NCBI GenBank assembly: GCA_012729595.1
Contig: JAAYCU010000282.1
Span: forward strand, 3,591-67,590
Direction: 5' to 3'
Length of the DNA stretch: 64,000 nucleotides
Source: Phycisphaerales bacterium
GTDB lineage: Bacteria > Planctomycetota > Phycisphaerae > UBA1845 > PWPN01
The notes below the pieces were generated by a model. That model saw only the letters and a list, made by a program, of their open reading frames with translations. It was not told the origin of the DNA and ran no database searches. Each line of letters begins with the position of its first letter. Positions within the stretch are counted from its first letter, which is position 1. This document shows, piece by piece, positions 55,388 to 64,000 of the stretch. A program made the translations under genes and the position numbers.

Positions 55388-56224
55388 ATGACAACAAAAC
55401 CTGTCCATACAATTGTTCAAGTCGGCGACATTGGTATCGGCCCGGGTTGCCCCCTGGCACTGATCGCCGGCCCCTGCGTTATCGAATCGCGGGCCCATAC
55501 CCTCAAGCTGGCCAAAGCCATTAAGAAAATCGCCGTAGCCGTGGACATCCCCTTGATCTTCAAGGCCAGTTTTGACAAGGCCAATCGTTCGAGTCTGCAC
55601 AGCTTTCGTGGTCCGGGCCTGAAAGAAGGGTTGGCGATTCTGGCCGAGGTCAAGAAAAAACTCGCCTTGCCGGTGGTCTCCGACATTCACGAATCCCGGC
55701 AGGCGGCTTCCGCGGCCAAGGTGCTTGACCTTCTTCAAATCCCCGCCTTTTTGTGCCGCCAGACCGACCTGCTCCTGGCCGCCGCCGCCACCGGCAAGCC
55801 GGTCAACCTTAAAAAAGGGCAGTTCATGTCCCCCGAGGAAATGCGACCCGCCGTGGAAAAACTCCGCGAAGCGGGCGCTTCGGGAGTACTGCTTACCGAA
55901 CGAGGCACCTTTTTCGGTTACGGCCGTCTGGTCAACGATATGACCAGCATCCCCCGGATGGCCGCCTATGCCCCCGTAGTTTTCGACGCGACCCATTCTT
56001 GCCAACTGCCCGGCCAGGGCGGCCGACAATCCGGCGGACAACGGGAGATGGCCCCCCTATTGGCCCGCGCCGCTGTCGCCGCCGGAGCCCATGCCCTCTT
56101 TCTGGAGGTTCACGACCGCCCGGAGAAAGCCAAGAGCGACCCGGCCACGGTCTGGCCTCTCGACCAACTGGCCGATCTGCTGGCCGACGCGCGGCGCTTC
56201 AGCCGGGCCGTCCAGCAACGATAA
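55388..56224 (+). CDS. kdsA: 3-deoxy-8-phosphooctulonate (KDO-8-P) synthase
   Basis: LIAGPCVIES, FKASFDKANRSS, LQIPAFLCRQTDLL, VNLKKGQF, FDATHSCQ match KdsA. Confidence 0.9.
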   Translation: MTTKPVHTIVQVGDIGIGPGCPLALIAGPCVIESRAHTLKLAKAIKKIAVAVDIPLIFKASFDKANRSSLHSFRGPGLKEGLAILAEVKKKLALPVVSDIHESRQAASAAKVLDLLQIPAFLCRQTDLLLAAAATGKPVNLKKGQFMSPEEMRPAVEKLREAGASGVLLTERGTFFGYGRLVNDMTSIPRMAAYAPVVFDATHSCQLPGQGGRQSGGQREMAPLLARAAVAAGAHALFLEVHDRPEKAKSDPATVWPLDQLADLLADARRFSRAVQQR

Positions 56225-56264
56225 CCAACCGCTTGTCCGGGCCCTCGGCCTAAAACGTCGGTGG

Positions 56265-57782
56265 TCAAATCAACCGAAGCTGCACGATCTCCGCCGGCGC
56301 GTTGACCCGCAACGGGAACCAGTTACCCACCCCGGCATTGACATAGAGAAGAGAATCACCCCGGCGGTACTCCCCCCAGAGGTAGCGGAACAGCAGGTTG
56401 CCGGCCCCGATCCTTTCCGACCAGCCGGGCGGAGTAAGCATCACTTGTCCGCCATGGGTATGTCCGGCCAAGGTCAGGTCCACGCCGCGGTCGGCCAGGG
56501 CATCAAAGGCATGTGGGTGGTGGACCAGACCGATAGTAAATGGCTCTTGCTCGACAGGTGGCACAAGAGAACCAACCGGAGTATCCCGATCCGCCAGCCG
56601 TCCAAGGGTCGCCTCCACGCGGCCGACATGCCCGGGATCATTGCCTCGGGGATGCTCATAACGCGACCAGAACAAGCCGGCGATACGCACCCGTTCGCCC
56701 CCGATCTCCATGGGTTTCATCCGATCGCAAAGCAGGTTCGGCTCGCGGGCGTCCAGATAACTCAGCATCATCCGCGGATCATCGATCAGATCATGGTTAC
56801 CGATCACCAGGAACCGTCCATAGCGATGCTCCAGTTGGCTGATGGCCTCGGCGGCCGCGGGCAGAAAATCGTTACTGTGATCGAGGATATCACCGGTAAT
56901 CGCGACCAGATCGCTGCCCAGTTTATTGGATGCTTCCACCATGGCCGACAGGTGCTCGGGACGGAACAGACGCCCCACATGCAGATCGCTCAGGTGCGTA
57001 ATCGTCAGGCCGCGTAACCGGTCGGGGAGCCGAGGCAGCTTCAGCGAAATCCGCCGTACCACGAAACGATCCGCCTGATACAACCCGCCGGCCACGAAAC
57101 CCCCGCTCAGCAGCACCGGCGTCAACATGGCCGAACGGGCCAGCAAGGCCCGCCGCGAAAGCCTGACCGACGGATCGACCTTTTTCGCGCAATCCCCGGA
57201 CTCAGCCAATCGGTCGGGCGGGCATCCGGAAACCTTCGACGTAACTGATTTCGCCAGCGGCAATGTGAATATCGAGAAAAAGACTCCGACCAGGAATCGA
57301 ACCAGCTCAAGACCGGTCAGAACCACCGCCAGACAGAATACGATCAGGTTCCAGCTCAATACCCACATGATCAGGGCGATGGGCAAGGCATCGAAAAAAT
57401 CCCGGCCGACTGCAAAGACCGTCCCCAGTAGAGCGATGGCAAAGATAAAAAAGGCCCCATGGACAAGCCGCCACGAACGACACCGCCATCCGTCCAGATA
57501 TCGGGCCAGCCATCGATCGGCCCAGGCCCAGCAGAGGACGTTGCCGAGCACGATGAGGATCAGCATGGTGGAAAACACGCCCCAAGGCGGCAAGGGTATC
57601 AAACCGAACTTGGATAAGAGCAAGGCCCCTACCCCCGCGGCCATCCCAGCGACGCAAATCCGTTGCAGCCAATAGGGCCGATCAGGTGGCTGGCCATTTG
57701 TTCCGGTTCGCTCCATTCGGTATTCGCACTCCGTCTCATCGGTCCGCGGAACCGCAGGTCGGCCCGCCGTGGGGATAACCAC
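56265..57782 (-). CDS. Membrane-anchored metallophosphoesterase (YkuE-like)
   Basis: N-terminal multi-TM region, then calcineurin-like motifs ITHLSDLHVG, ITGDILDH, GNHD, GHTHGGQ. Confidence 0.8.
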   Translation of the reverse strand: MVIPTAGRPAVPRTDETECEYRMERTGTNGQPPDRPYWLQRICVAGMAAGVGALLLSKFGLIPLPPWGVFSTMLILIVLGNVLCWAWADRWLARYLDGWRCRSWRLVHGAFFIFAIALLGTVFAVGRDFFDALPIALIMWVLSWNLIVFCLAVVLTGLELVRFLVGVFFSIFTLPLAKSVTSKVSGCPPDRLAESGDCAKKVDPSVRLSRRALLARSAMLTPVLLSGGFVAGGLYQADRFVVRRISLKLPRLPDRLRGLTITHLSDLHVGRLFRPEHLSAMVEASNKLGSDLVAITGDILDHSNDFLPAAAEAISQLEHRYGRFLVIGNHDLIDDPRMMLSYLDAREPNLLCDRMKPMEIGGERVRIAGLFWSRYEHPRGNDPGHVGRVEATLGRLADRDTPVGSLVPPVEQEPFTIGLVHHPHAFDALADRGVDLTLAGHTHGGQVMLTPPGWSERIGAGNLLFRYLWGEYRRGDSLLYVNAGVGNWFPLRVNAPAEIVQLRLI

Positions 57783-57861
57783 GGCGTACTTAAGTGTAGT
57801 GCCTTTAACCGATCACGGCATATAAGCACAACTTATGCTCGATCATCGCCCGCACCCCCCT

Positions 57862-57896
57862 TATGACAAAGCCCGGGGACAGGCGTCTCCGGGCTT
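57862..57896 (-). terminator. Hairpin terminator candidate downstream of citrate synthase
   Basis: 12-bp stem AAGCCCGGGGAC/GTCTCCGGGCTT (one G-U) with loop AGGC. On the minus strand it is followed by TTTGTCATAA. It lies 42 nt after the gltA stop. Confidence 0.45.
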
Positions 57897-57937
57897 ATCG
57901 GGTTTTATCAATATCGGCGGTCGAGGCGCTCGGGGCG

Positions 57938-59224
57938 TCACCGCTCTTCCATGGGTATATACGACCGAACCGTCTGGCCGTTGTAGACCTGCCGCGGACG
58001 ATGGATGCGGCCGTTGGGGTTCAGGTGGTTCTCCCGCCAGTGGGCGATCCAGCCGGGAATGCGTCCGATGGCGAACATCACCGTGAACATATTCAGCGGA
58101 ATCCCGATGGCCCGCAGGATAATCCCGCTGTAGAAATCGACGTTCGGATACAGTTTGCGCTCGACGAAATACGAATCGTTCAAGGCGCGCTCCTCGAGCT
58201 CGCGGGCAATGTCCAGCAGCGGGCTTTTCACGCCCAGGTTCTGCAGCACGGAATCGCACGCCGACTTGAGGTACCGGGCCCGCGGATCGTAGTTTTTGTA
58301 GACCCGGTGCCCGAAGCCCATCAGCCGCATATTGGCGTCCTTGTTCTTGACCTTTTCGATAAACTGATCGACGGACATGCCCGACTCATGGATCTCGAGC
58401 AGCATCTGAATGACCGCCTGGTTGGCTCCGCCGTGCAGGTGGCCCCAGAGAGCACACACGCCGGACGATATCGAGGCGTACAGGTTGGCCTGGCTCGATC
58501 CGACCATGCGCACGGTAGAGGTCGAGCAGTTCTGTTCGTGGTCGGCGTGCAGAATGAGGAACTGATTTAGAGCCTTGACCACCTCGGGCGTCGGCTCGTA
58601 GCGGTTATTCGGCTTGCTGAACATCATGTGCAGAAAATTCGAGGTATAGGGCAGGTCCGAGCGGGGGTAGATCATCGGATGACCGATGGATTGCTTGTAG
58701 GCCGCGGCCGCTATGGTCCGCACCTTGCTGATCAGCCGGGCAGCCGAATCCAGGAAATGGTCATCATCCTCCGGCTCGATCATCGCGGGCTGGAAACAGC
58801 CCATCGCGTTGATCATGGCCGATAAAATGGCCATGGGATGAGCGTCGGATGAAAAACCCTCGAAATGGTGTCGCAGGGATTCGTGAAGAAATTCGTGTTC
58901 GGCCAGCTTGGCCCGAAACTCGGCCAACTGGCTGTTCGTCGGCAACTCGCCGAGCATGACCATATAGGCCGTCTCCACGAACGACGATTTTTCCGCCAGC
59001 TCCTCGATCGGATACCCGCGGTATCGCAGGATACCTTTATCTCCATCGATATATGTAATTTCGCTGATACAGGATCCGGTGTTGCCATAGCCGTCGTCAA
59101 GGGTAATCAACCCGGACTGGGCGCGAAGTTTGGAAATATCGACGGCGATCTCGTTTTCCGTGCCTATCACTACCGGCAACTGGTACACTTTGTCTCTGAA
59201 CTTCAGTTCCGCAAATTCGCTCAT
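57938..59224 (-). CDS. gltA: Citrate synthase (type II)
   Basis: ATG at 59224 (MSEFAELKFRDKVYQLPV) gives 428 aa. Catalytic context HADHEQN, GFGHRVYK and the DFYSG region. The track ORF extends 50 codons upstream. Confidence 0.92.
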   Translation of the reverse strand: MSEFAELKFRDKVYQLPVVIGTENEIAVDISKLRAQSGLITLDDGYGNTGSCISEITYIDGDKGILRYRGYPIEELAEKSSFVETAYMVMLGELPTNSQLAEFRAKLAEHEFLHESLRHHFEGFSSDAHPMAILSAMINAMGCFQPAMIEPEDDDHFLDSAARLISKVRTIAAAAYKQSIGHPMIYPRSDLPYTSNFLHMMFSKPNNRYEPTPEVVKALNQFLILHADHEQNCSTSTVRMVGSSQANLYASISSGVCALWGHLHGGANQAVIQMLLEIHESGMSVDQFIEKVKNKDANMRLMGFGHRVYKNYDPRARYLKSACDSVLQNLGVKSPLLDIARELEERALNDSYFVERKLYPNVDFYSGIILRAIGIPLNMFTVMFAIGRIPGWIAHWRENHLNPNGRIHRPRQVYNGQTVRSYIPMEER

Positions 59225-59386
59225 AGGTTCTCCATTCTTGCTTGCGTAAAAGGTTCCCCAGGCATCAGCCACCGCTCTGCAATCCGCGAACACCCGAAAA
59301 CTAAGCTCGTTGACCTGGCCGGGTATAGAATCATACTCGAAATACCGGGGTAGTGCCAAAGAATCCGCCCCCACCGGACAACCGGC

Positions 59387-60310
59387 TCACCTACGTTCGG
59401 TCAGAGCCATGGAACCGGTATCGACGGGTTTTCCGGATGCGAAGGCAATCGGGGCGTGAGCAACGGCGGTTTCATACAGAATGTGTGGCGCGATCAGCCC
59501 GGCATTGGCCAGTCGGCGCAACATCCGCCGTTGCACTCGGGTATAGGCTAGAGCGGCATTGCCGTTGGGATCCTCATGCAGTACGGAGGCATGCTCCAGG
59601 TTGGTCAAAACATCGAGCATCCGATGCAGGCACTCTGCACGGTACTCGCGCATCAGTTGGTCAGACAGGGTCCAACGGGAACGGTCGTACCAGCGTTCCA
59701 TGGCCTTTCGCAGAAAATGCCGACTCATAAAACGATTGGTACGATAGAACATGCGCCAATTGACCGCAAAGGGTAGAAAGGTGTCCGTCAGATAAACCGA
59801 AAGGCTTTGCCGATGCTCCTCGAACATTTCCTGAAGCAAAAGGTGCAGCTTGTTCCAGTAAAACGGGCCTATTGTCGAATCAGCCCGCATTTCCCAGTAC
59901 ATGTGCCCGAAGGAGATCGTTGTGCGGTGCAGTGCAATCTGCCTGGGCAGAAACTTGTTGTGGGCGACGGTATCGGCGGCCAGGTGCGTCAGGTAGCCAA
60001 GAGCGAAGGCTCGCCCACGATCCGTAGCGGCATCTCGATAAAGAGTCAAGCCAGTCTGCCAGTGATGACAGAACTGCTTGACACGGCTGAGCTTCTTGGC
60101 GATAACCACGTCCGCCGCGATGTTACCGAACAGGTAATCCCGGGCATTCCGACGCAAGAGGGCAGCGGTAATAGCGGGCAACAACCCAAGCTGATCGAGC
60201 AGGTCGCTGGCCAGCTTCACATGGGTGGCCGGCCCCCAGGCCAGCAGGGATTGCGGGGACAGCAGCAACGCCGCCGCGGCAACCCCCAGAACCCATTTCC
60301 ATTTCAACAT
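59387..60310 (-). CDS. Zinc-dependent phospholipase C family protein (secreted)
   Basis: Signal peptide, then AWGPATHVKLA and HLAADTVAHN His-rich motifs typical of the Zn-PLC-like superfamily. Confidence 0.6.
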   Translation of the reverse strand: MLKWKWVLGVAAAALLLSPQSLLAWGPATHVKLASDLLDQLGLLPAITAALLRRNARDYLFGNIAADVVIAKKLSRVKQFCHHWQTGLTLYRDAATDRGRAFALGYLTHLAADTVAHNKFLPRQIALHRTTISFGHMYWEMRADSTIGPFYWNKLHLLLQEMFEEHRQSLSVYLTDTFLPFAVNWRMFYRTNRFMSRHFLRKAMERWYDRSRWTLSDQLMREYRAECLHRMLDVLTNLEHASVLHEDPNGNAALAYTRVQRRMLRRLANAGLIAPHILYETAVAHAPIAFASGKPVDTGSMALTERR

Positions 60311-60495
60311 ATCACGAACCCCAGTTACGTAACATAGCGGTGGAATACTACATAATAGCAGGACGCCAGCCCGAAAACCAAATATCAGACCCGTTTCCGG
60401 TTCTTTTCCAGGTTGACATTTACGGCCACGGGGGTTTTAATCAAGGAATGGATCGGCGTGACCCTTTGCTTACCCGGGAAACAGGAGCCAGATGA

Positions 60496-60855
60496 ATGCC
60501 CGAGGTTCAAGTCAATCTGAACATCACCAACCAGGGAAATATCCGAGTGGTCAAGCTGGAGGACCGCAAGATCATCGAGGAATTGATGATCAACCAAATC
60601 GGTGAGCGACTTGGCGACCTGACCGACGCCGAGGATAAACCACGAATACTGCTTGATTTTAATCAGGTGGAACACCTGTCCAGCGCCGCCTTGGGAATGC
60701 TGATTACCTTGAATAAGAAAGTCAACGAGCGGGAGGGGCAGTTGGTGCTGGTCAACATCCGCCCGCAGATATACGAAGTTTTCAAGATTACCCGGCTGAA
60801 CAAGCTGTTCAATATCCAGAAAAACCGGGACGACGCGATCGAAGCTTTCGCTTGA
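60496..60855 (+). CDS. STAS-domain anti-sigma-factor antagonist (SpoIIAA/RsbV-like)
   Basis: AGGAG RBS. LLDFNQVEHLSSAALGMLITL carries the phosphorylatable-Ser motif; ...FKITRLNKLFNI. Confidence 0.8.
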   Translation: MPEVQVNLNITNQGNIRVVKLEDRKIIEELMINQIGERLGDLTDAEDKPRILLDFNQVEHLSSAALGMLITLNKKVNEREGQLVLVNIRPQIYEVFKITRLNKLFNIQKNRDDAIEAFA

Positions 60856-60957
60856 CCGGCCGGGGGTGTGCGTAGCGACAACGGGATCGAACCCTCGATA
60901 CCGCGGCTTGGTCACCCGCAGACAAGCCGAACCGTCGCGGGTTCATAACGTCCGGGT

Positions 60958-61395
60958 TTGGATTTGATACCAGAAATGCGCTTTAAGCCGGCAGCATTAC
61001 CTAACGAAATCGCCATTCCCAGCGACCTGCATGCCGCCCGTCGGATAGAGGAAACCATCGTCCGACTGGCCGACAAAATGGGCTATAGCAAGGAATGCTC
61101 CTTCGCGATTCGACTGGCCCTCGAGGAGGCCATGGTCAATGCCCACAAACACGGCAACCGCGGAAACCCCGACAAGAAAATCATCATCAGCTACGATGTG
61201 ACCCCACAGCGTATCGTGGTGCGCATCCGGGACGAGGGACCAGGTTTCGATCCCCGCAGAATCCCTGACCCGACCCAACCCGAACGCATCCCCTTGCCTA
61301 ACGGCCGGGGAATCATGCTCATGCGGGCTTACCTTGACGAAGTCACCTACAACGAACAGGGTAACGAGATTCAAATGGTCAAGGAGAAATGCTGA
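60958..61395 (+). CDS. Anti-sigma regulatory factor, Ser/Thr protein kinase (SpoIIAB/RsbW-like, HATPase_c_2)
   Basis: ALEEAMVNAHKHGN (N-box), IRDEGPGFDP (G1), GRGIMLMRAY (G2). TTG at 60958 or ATG at 60976. Confidence 0.8.
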   Translation: MDLIPEMRFKPAALPNEIAIPSDLHAARRIEETIVRLADKMGYSKECSFAIRLALEEAMVNAHKHGNRGNPDKKIIISYDVTPQRIVVRIRDEGPGFDPRRIPDPTQPERIPLPNGRGIMLMRAYLDEVTYNEQGNEIQMVKEKC

Positions 61396-61760
61396 TGTCC
61401 AAATCGACTTCACCCTCGGACGTATTACGGATAGAGGTTGATCGCCGTGGGACGGACTCGGCGGTGGTAACCCTGACCGGATCGGCCAACATGGATATCG
61501 CCGACCATCTTCAGGAACGGCTCATCGACCTGCTGGACCAAGGGGCCGAGCGGCTGGTGCTCGACCTATCCGGCCTTAAGTTTATTTCTTCCGTGGGGCT
61601 TAGCGCCATCATCGGCGCCCACCTGCATTGCCGGCATCGGCTCAGCGAAGTACGGCTGGTTAATCCGCAGCCGGCCATACTCGATCTCTTGAACATTACC
61701 CGGCTCACCAGAATTTTCACAATCCACGATTCGGTTGAACAGGCTCTGTCGGCGAGCTGA
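61395..61760 (+). CDS. Second STAS-domain anti-sigma-factor antagonist
   Basis: VLDLSGLKFISSVGLSAIIGA carries the conserved Ser motif. ATG at 61395 overlaps the kinase stop (TGATG) and has an AAGGAG RBS 8 nt upstream (the track start is 61389). Confidence 0.8.
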   Translation: MSKSTSPSDVLRIEVDRRGTDSAVVTLTGSANMDIADHLQERLIDLLDQGAERLVLDLSGLKFISSVGLSAIIGAHLHCRHRLSEVRLVNPQPAILDLLNITRLTRIFTIHDSVEQALSAS

Positions 61761-61783
61761 TCCTGGCCTTCGTGGTGCCCGGT

Positions 61784-62308
61784 TTAACGGGCAGTTCCAT
61801 CCTCCTCGGCCGGCCGGAGGCAATCGCTGGCCAGACCATTCAGTAGCACGTCCGCCCGCGCCCCCCCCGCCTGACAAACGAAACGACGTTGGTATTCGCC
61901 AATAGGATCGAGCCGCATGGTCAGCCGGTCCTGGGGAAGCAGTTCCAGCACCCGATCGGCCCATTCGATCAGAACTGCACCACGTTCACACATCTCCTCG
62001 AATCCAAGGGCCTCAAGATCGTCATGGCCGCGCAGACGATAGGCATCGATATGGTATAGATGCAAAACCTCGCCGCTCCTTCTTGCTTCGTATTCATTGA
62101 CCAATACGAAGGTGGGGCTATTGACCTCGCGAGGGTCGGCAACCCCCGCCCCGGCGGCAATGCTTTTAACCAAGGTAGTCTTGCCCGAACCCAATGGGCC
62201 GATCAGAGCCACGACCGACCCGGTCCGTAAGCGGCAACCCAGCCGTCGCCCCCAGACCGCGGTGTCCGCCAGATCGCGCATTTCATAAACAGTATCGGTC
62301 TCATTCAT
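61784..62308 (-). CDS. tsaE: tRNA t6A biosynthesis ATPase TsaE (YjeE)
   Basis: Walker A GPLGSGKTTLVK, SPTFVLVNEY, HIDAYRL. ATG at 62308 overlaps the thiL stop (ATGA). Confidence 0.85.
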   Translation of the reverse strand: MNETDTVYEMRDLADTAVWGRRLGCRLRTGSVVALIGPLGSGKTTLVKSIAAGAGVADPREVNSPTFVLVNEYEARRSGEVLHLYHIDAYRLRGHDDLEALGFEEMCERGAVLIEWADRVLELLPQDRLTMRLDPIGEYQRRFVCQAGGARADVLLNGLASDCLRPAEEDGTAR

Positions 62309-63225
62309 GTCAAATGCTCGTAGCCGCGCGGGGCCAGGGGTTCCCGGCGGCCGTCCGGCTGAGAAATCACCATTAAGTCCGCCCCCGGCTTGCACGGCCG
62401 GATCGCGCCGACGGGCAACAACTTGAATTTCCGTAAATCCTGGCCGCCGACCACCAGCAGCTCGAAATCCTCTCCATCACTCAGGGCATGATCCAACGGT
62501 GACCGGCCATCCTGCTCGGCCTGGGCCCGAGCATCGTCACTGATAGCCTTGGCCAGTTGGTCCGCGTACAACTCAGCGGCACAACCGGAAGCCCGGCACA
62601 AACGAAACAAATCCAGGCTCAGACCGTCAGAAATATCCATCATCGCGTGCAGGGCGGGGTCGACCGCCAGCGCCCGCGCCAACGCGATTCGCGGCGTAAA
62701 GGTCAGGTGCCGACCGGCCAGACTGCCACCCAGTGGACCGCTGACAAATATTGTGTCACCCAAGACGGCCGTACTACGCCGAACCGGACCACATGGGGCC
62801 ATCGGCTCGGCCAGCATGGCCACGTCGATCGCCAGGCGACCGGCCCAACTCGTCGTATCGCCCCCTACAAGCGAACATTCATATTCTTCGGCGATCCGGG
62901 CGATGCCTTCATATAACTCTCGCACATCTTCGATAGCCATGGTCCTAGGCAAAGCGACACTGACCGTGGCCGCCCGCGGGTTGCAGGCCATGGCTGCGCA
63001 ATCACTTAGCGAGCAGGCCATGACCTTGCGGCCGATCAACTCGTAGCCGTGGCGTTCCGTATCGAAATGCACACCGTCCAGCAGCATATCCGTCGTAATC
63101 GCCACCAGCGGGCTATCCAACCGCACAGCGGCGGCATCGTCACCGATGCCGATGGGCACCCGAGCCGGATCGGCGGGAAACCGGGCACGCAACCACTCCA
63201 CCAAAGCTATTTCACCCTTACTCAT
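62305..63225 (-). CDS. thiL: Thiamine-monophosphate kinase
   Basis: IGDDAAAV, TTDMLLDGVHF, GGDTT, MMDISDGL motifs of the AIR-synthase-like ThiL family. Confidence 0.88.
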   Translation of the reverse strand: MSKGEIALVEWLRARFPADPARVPIGIGDDAAAVRLDSPLVAITTDMLLDGVHFDTERHGYELIGRKVMACSLSDCAAMACNPRAATVSVALPRTMAIEDVRELYEGIARIAEEYECSLVGGDTTSWAGRLAIDVAMLAEPMAPCGPVRRSTAVLGDTIFVSGPLGGSLAGRHLTFTPRIALARALAVDPALHAMMDISDGLSLDLFRLCRASGCAAELYADQLAKAISDDARAQAEQDGRSPLDHALSDGEDFELLVVGGQDLRKFKLLPVGAIRPCKPGADLMVISQPDGRREPLAPRGYEHLT

Positions 63226-63261
63226 GCTCTCAGCTTAACCGGCAGGCGCGTCATCAGGCAA

Positions 63262-64000
63262 TTATTTCTCGGTCAACTCGATGGTCGCGTTCCAGTCGTC
63301 GGGCGGGGGATTATCGCGGTATCCCGTAATCAAGCGGAGATAGCGGCAGGCCCCGGCATCGTCCGGGCGCTGTTGCAAACATTGTTCGAAACGGGACAGG
63401 GCATCGGCCCAGTCGCGGCGGGCAAAGGCGGCGACGGCGTCGCTGAAAGTTTCAGCGAGACGGCAGGCGGCATCGTCCACCTCCACCGGTTCCCCGAGTA
63501 ACTCATAAACGCTCACCCCCGTGGTTTTGCCCATGACCTGGAGCCGCCCGAGATGGCGATACACGTATCCGTCCCCCACCGCCTCGCGGACCGCGTCGGC
63601 GAGCATGATGGCTGAGCCGAATTGCTTGTTGGCCGATTCGAGACGGGCGGCCAGGTTCACCGTATCGCCCATGCAGGTGTAGTCCAGCTTGCTTTCACTG
63701 CCATAGTCGCCGACAAACACCGGGCCGGCGGCCAACCCGATACGCATGGACAAGCGGCGGAAGAACTCCGCAAGCGGATGGCCGTCCTGCTGTTGAATAA
63801 GCTCGCGCAACGCCCGTCGGCAGTCGAGGGCTGATGCGCAAGCGGCCCGCTCATGATCGGGGCAAGGCAGGATCGGAGGGTTGAAAAAGGCAAAGATGCC
63901 GTCGCCCATGAACTTGTTGATCAGGGCGTCGTGTCGATGGAGAGCGGCGGACATGGCCTCCAGGTAGGGATTAAGCAATCGGCGGGTGCCGTCGGGGCCG
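63262..64000 (-). CDS. Class III adenylate/guanylate cyclase domain protein, C-terminal part (5' end outside window)
   Basis: The frame is open to the window edge. INKFMGDGIFAFFN, DYTCMGDTVNLAARLE cyclase motifs, with a helical/TPR-like tail. Confidence 0.8.
   Translation of the reverse strand, partial: GPDGTRRLLNPYLEAMSAALHRHDALINKFMGDGIFAFFNPPILPCPDHERAACASALDCRRALRELIQQQDGHPLAEFFRRLSMRIGLAAGPVFVGDYGSESKLDYTCMGDTVNLAARLESANKQFGSAIMLADAVREAVGDGYVYRHLGRLQVMGKTTGVSVYELLGEPVEVDDAACRLAETFSDAVAAFARRDWADALSRFEQCLQQRPDDAGACRYLRLITGYRDNPPPDDWNATIELTEK

Noticed and set aside
58865-59730. Plus-strand ORFs 58865..59353 and 59353..59730 opposite citrate synthase and the PLC-like gene
   Set aside because: Antisense frames without motifs. 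The minus-strand genes are strongly supported.

Overview
High-GC bacterial chromosomal window. Gene content and the extended ribosomal proteins suggest an anaerobic, Planctomycetota-like organism (inference only).

**1-13.4 kb:** sugar and aldehyde metabolism genes (Gfo/Idh/MocA fragment, ThuA, glycosidase-like protein, deacetylase-like protein, aldehyde dehydrogenase). These are followed by an orphan DUF433 gene with gene remnants, a voltage-gated K+ channel, a large PEP/pyruvate-binding protein, an NfnAB-like oxidoreductase, RluA and tRNA-Arg(CCG).

**13.5-26.8 kb (most interesting block):** a sigma-54 enhancer-binding response regulator and a membrane sensor kinase lie divergent from a consensus sigma-54 promoter. 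That promoter precedes a trimeric HydC-HydB-HydA [FeFe]-hydrogenase operon. Downstream are a hydrogenase-like H-domain fused to a histidine kinase, a stand-alone receiver, a receiver-kinase hybrid and the maturase HydG. hydB carries an in-frame TAG at a conserved Ser position. HydA has a non-canonical L1 H-cluster motif (TSCSPGW).

**29.1-48.2 kb (minus strand):** a complete S10-spc-alpha ribosomal cluster (rpsJ to rplQ) preceded by fusA. No tuf, infA or rpmD is present.

**Remaining genes:** envelope and lipid genes (GT2, LTA-synthase-like, flippase-like, SpoIID/LytB, lipid kinase, KdsA, metallophosphoesterase, PLC-like). Also a TPR protein with two RNAP alpha-CTD-like repeats, citrate synthase, a STAS-kinase-STAS partner-switching module, TsaE, ThiL and a partial class III cyclase.

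No CRISPR array, transposase, integrase or rRNA was seen. All family calls come from reading the translations for motifs; no database search was possible.
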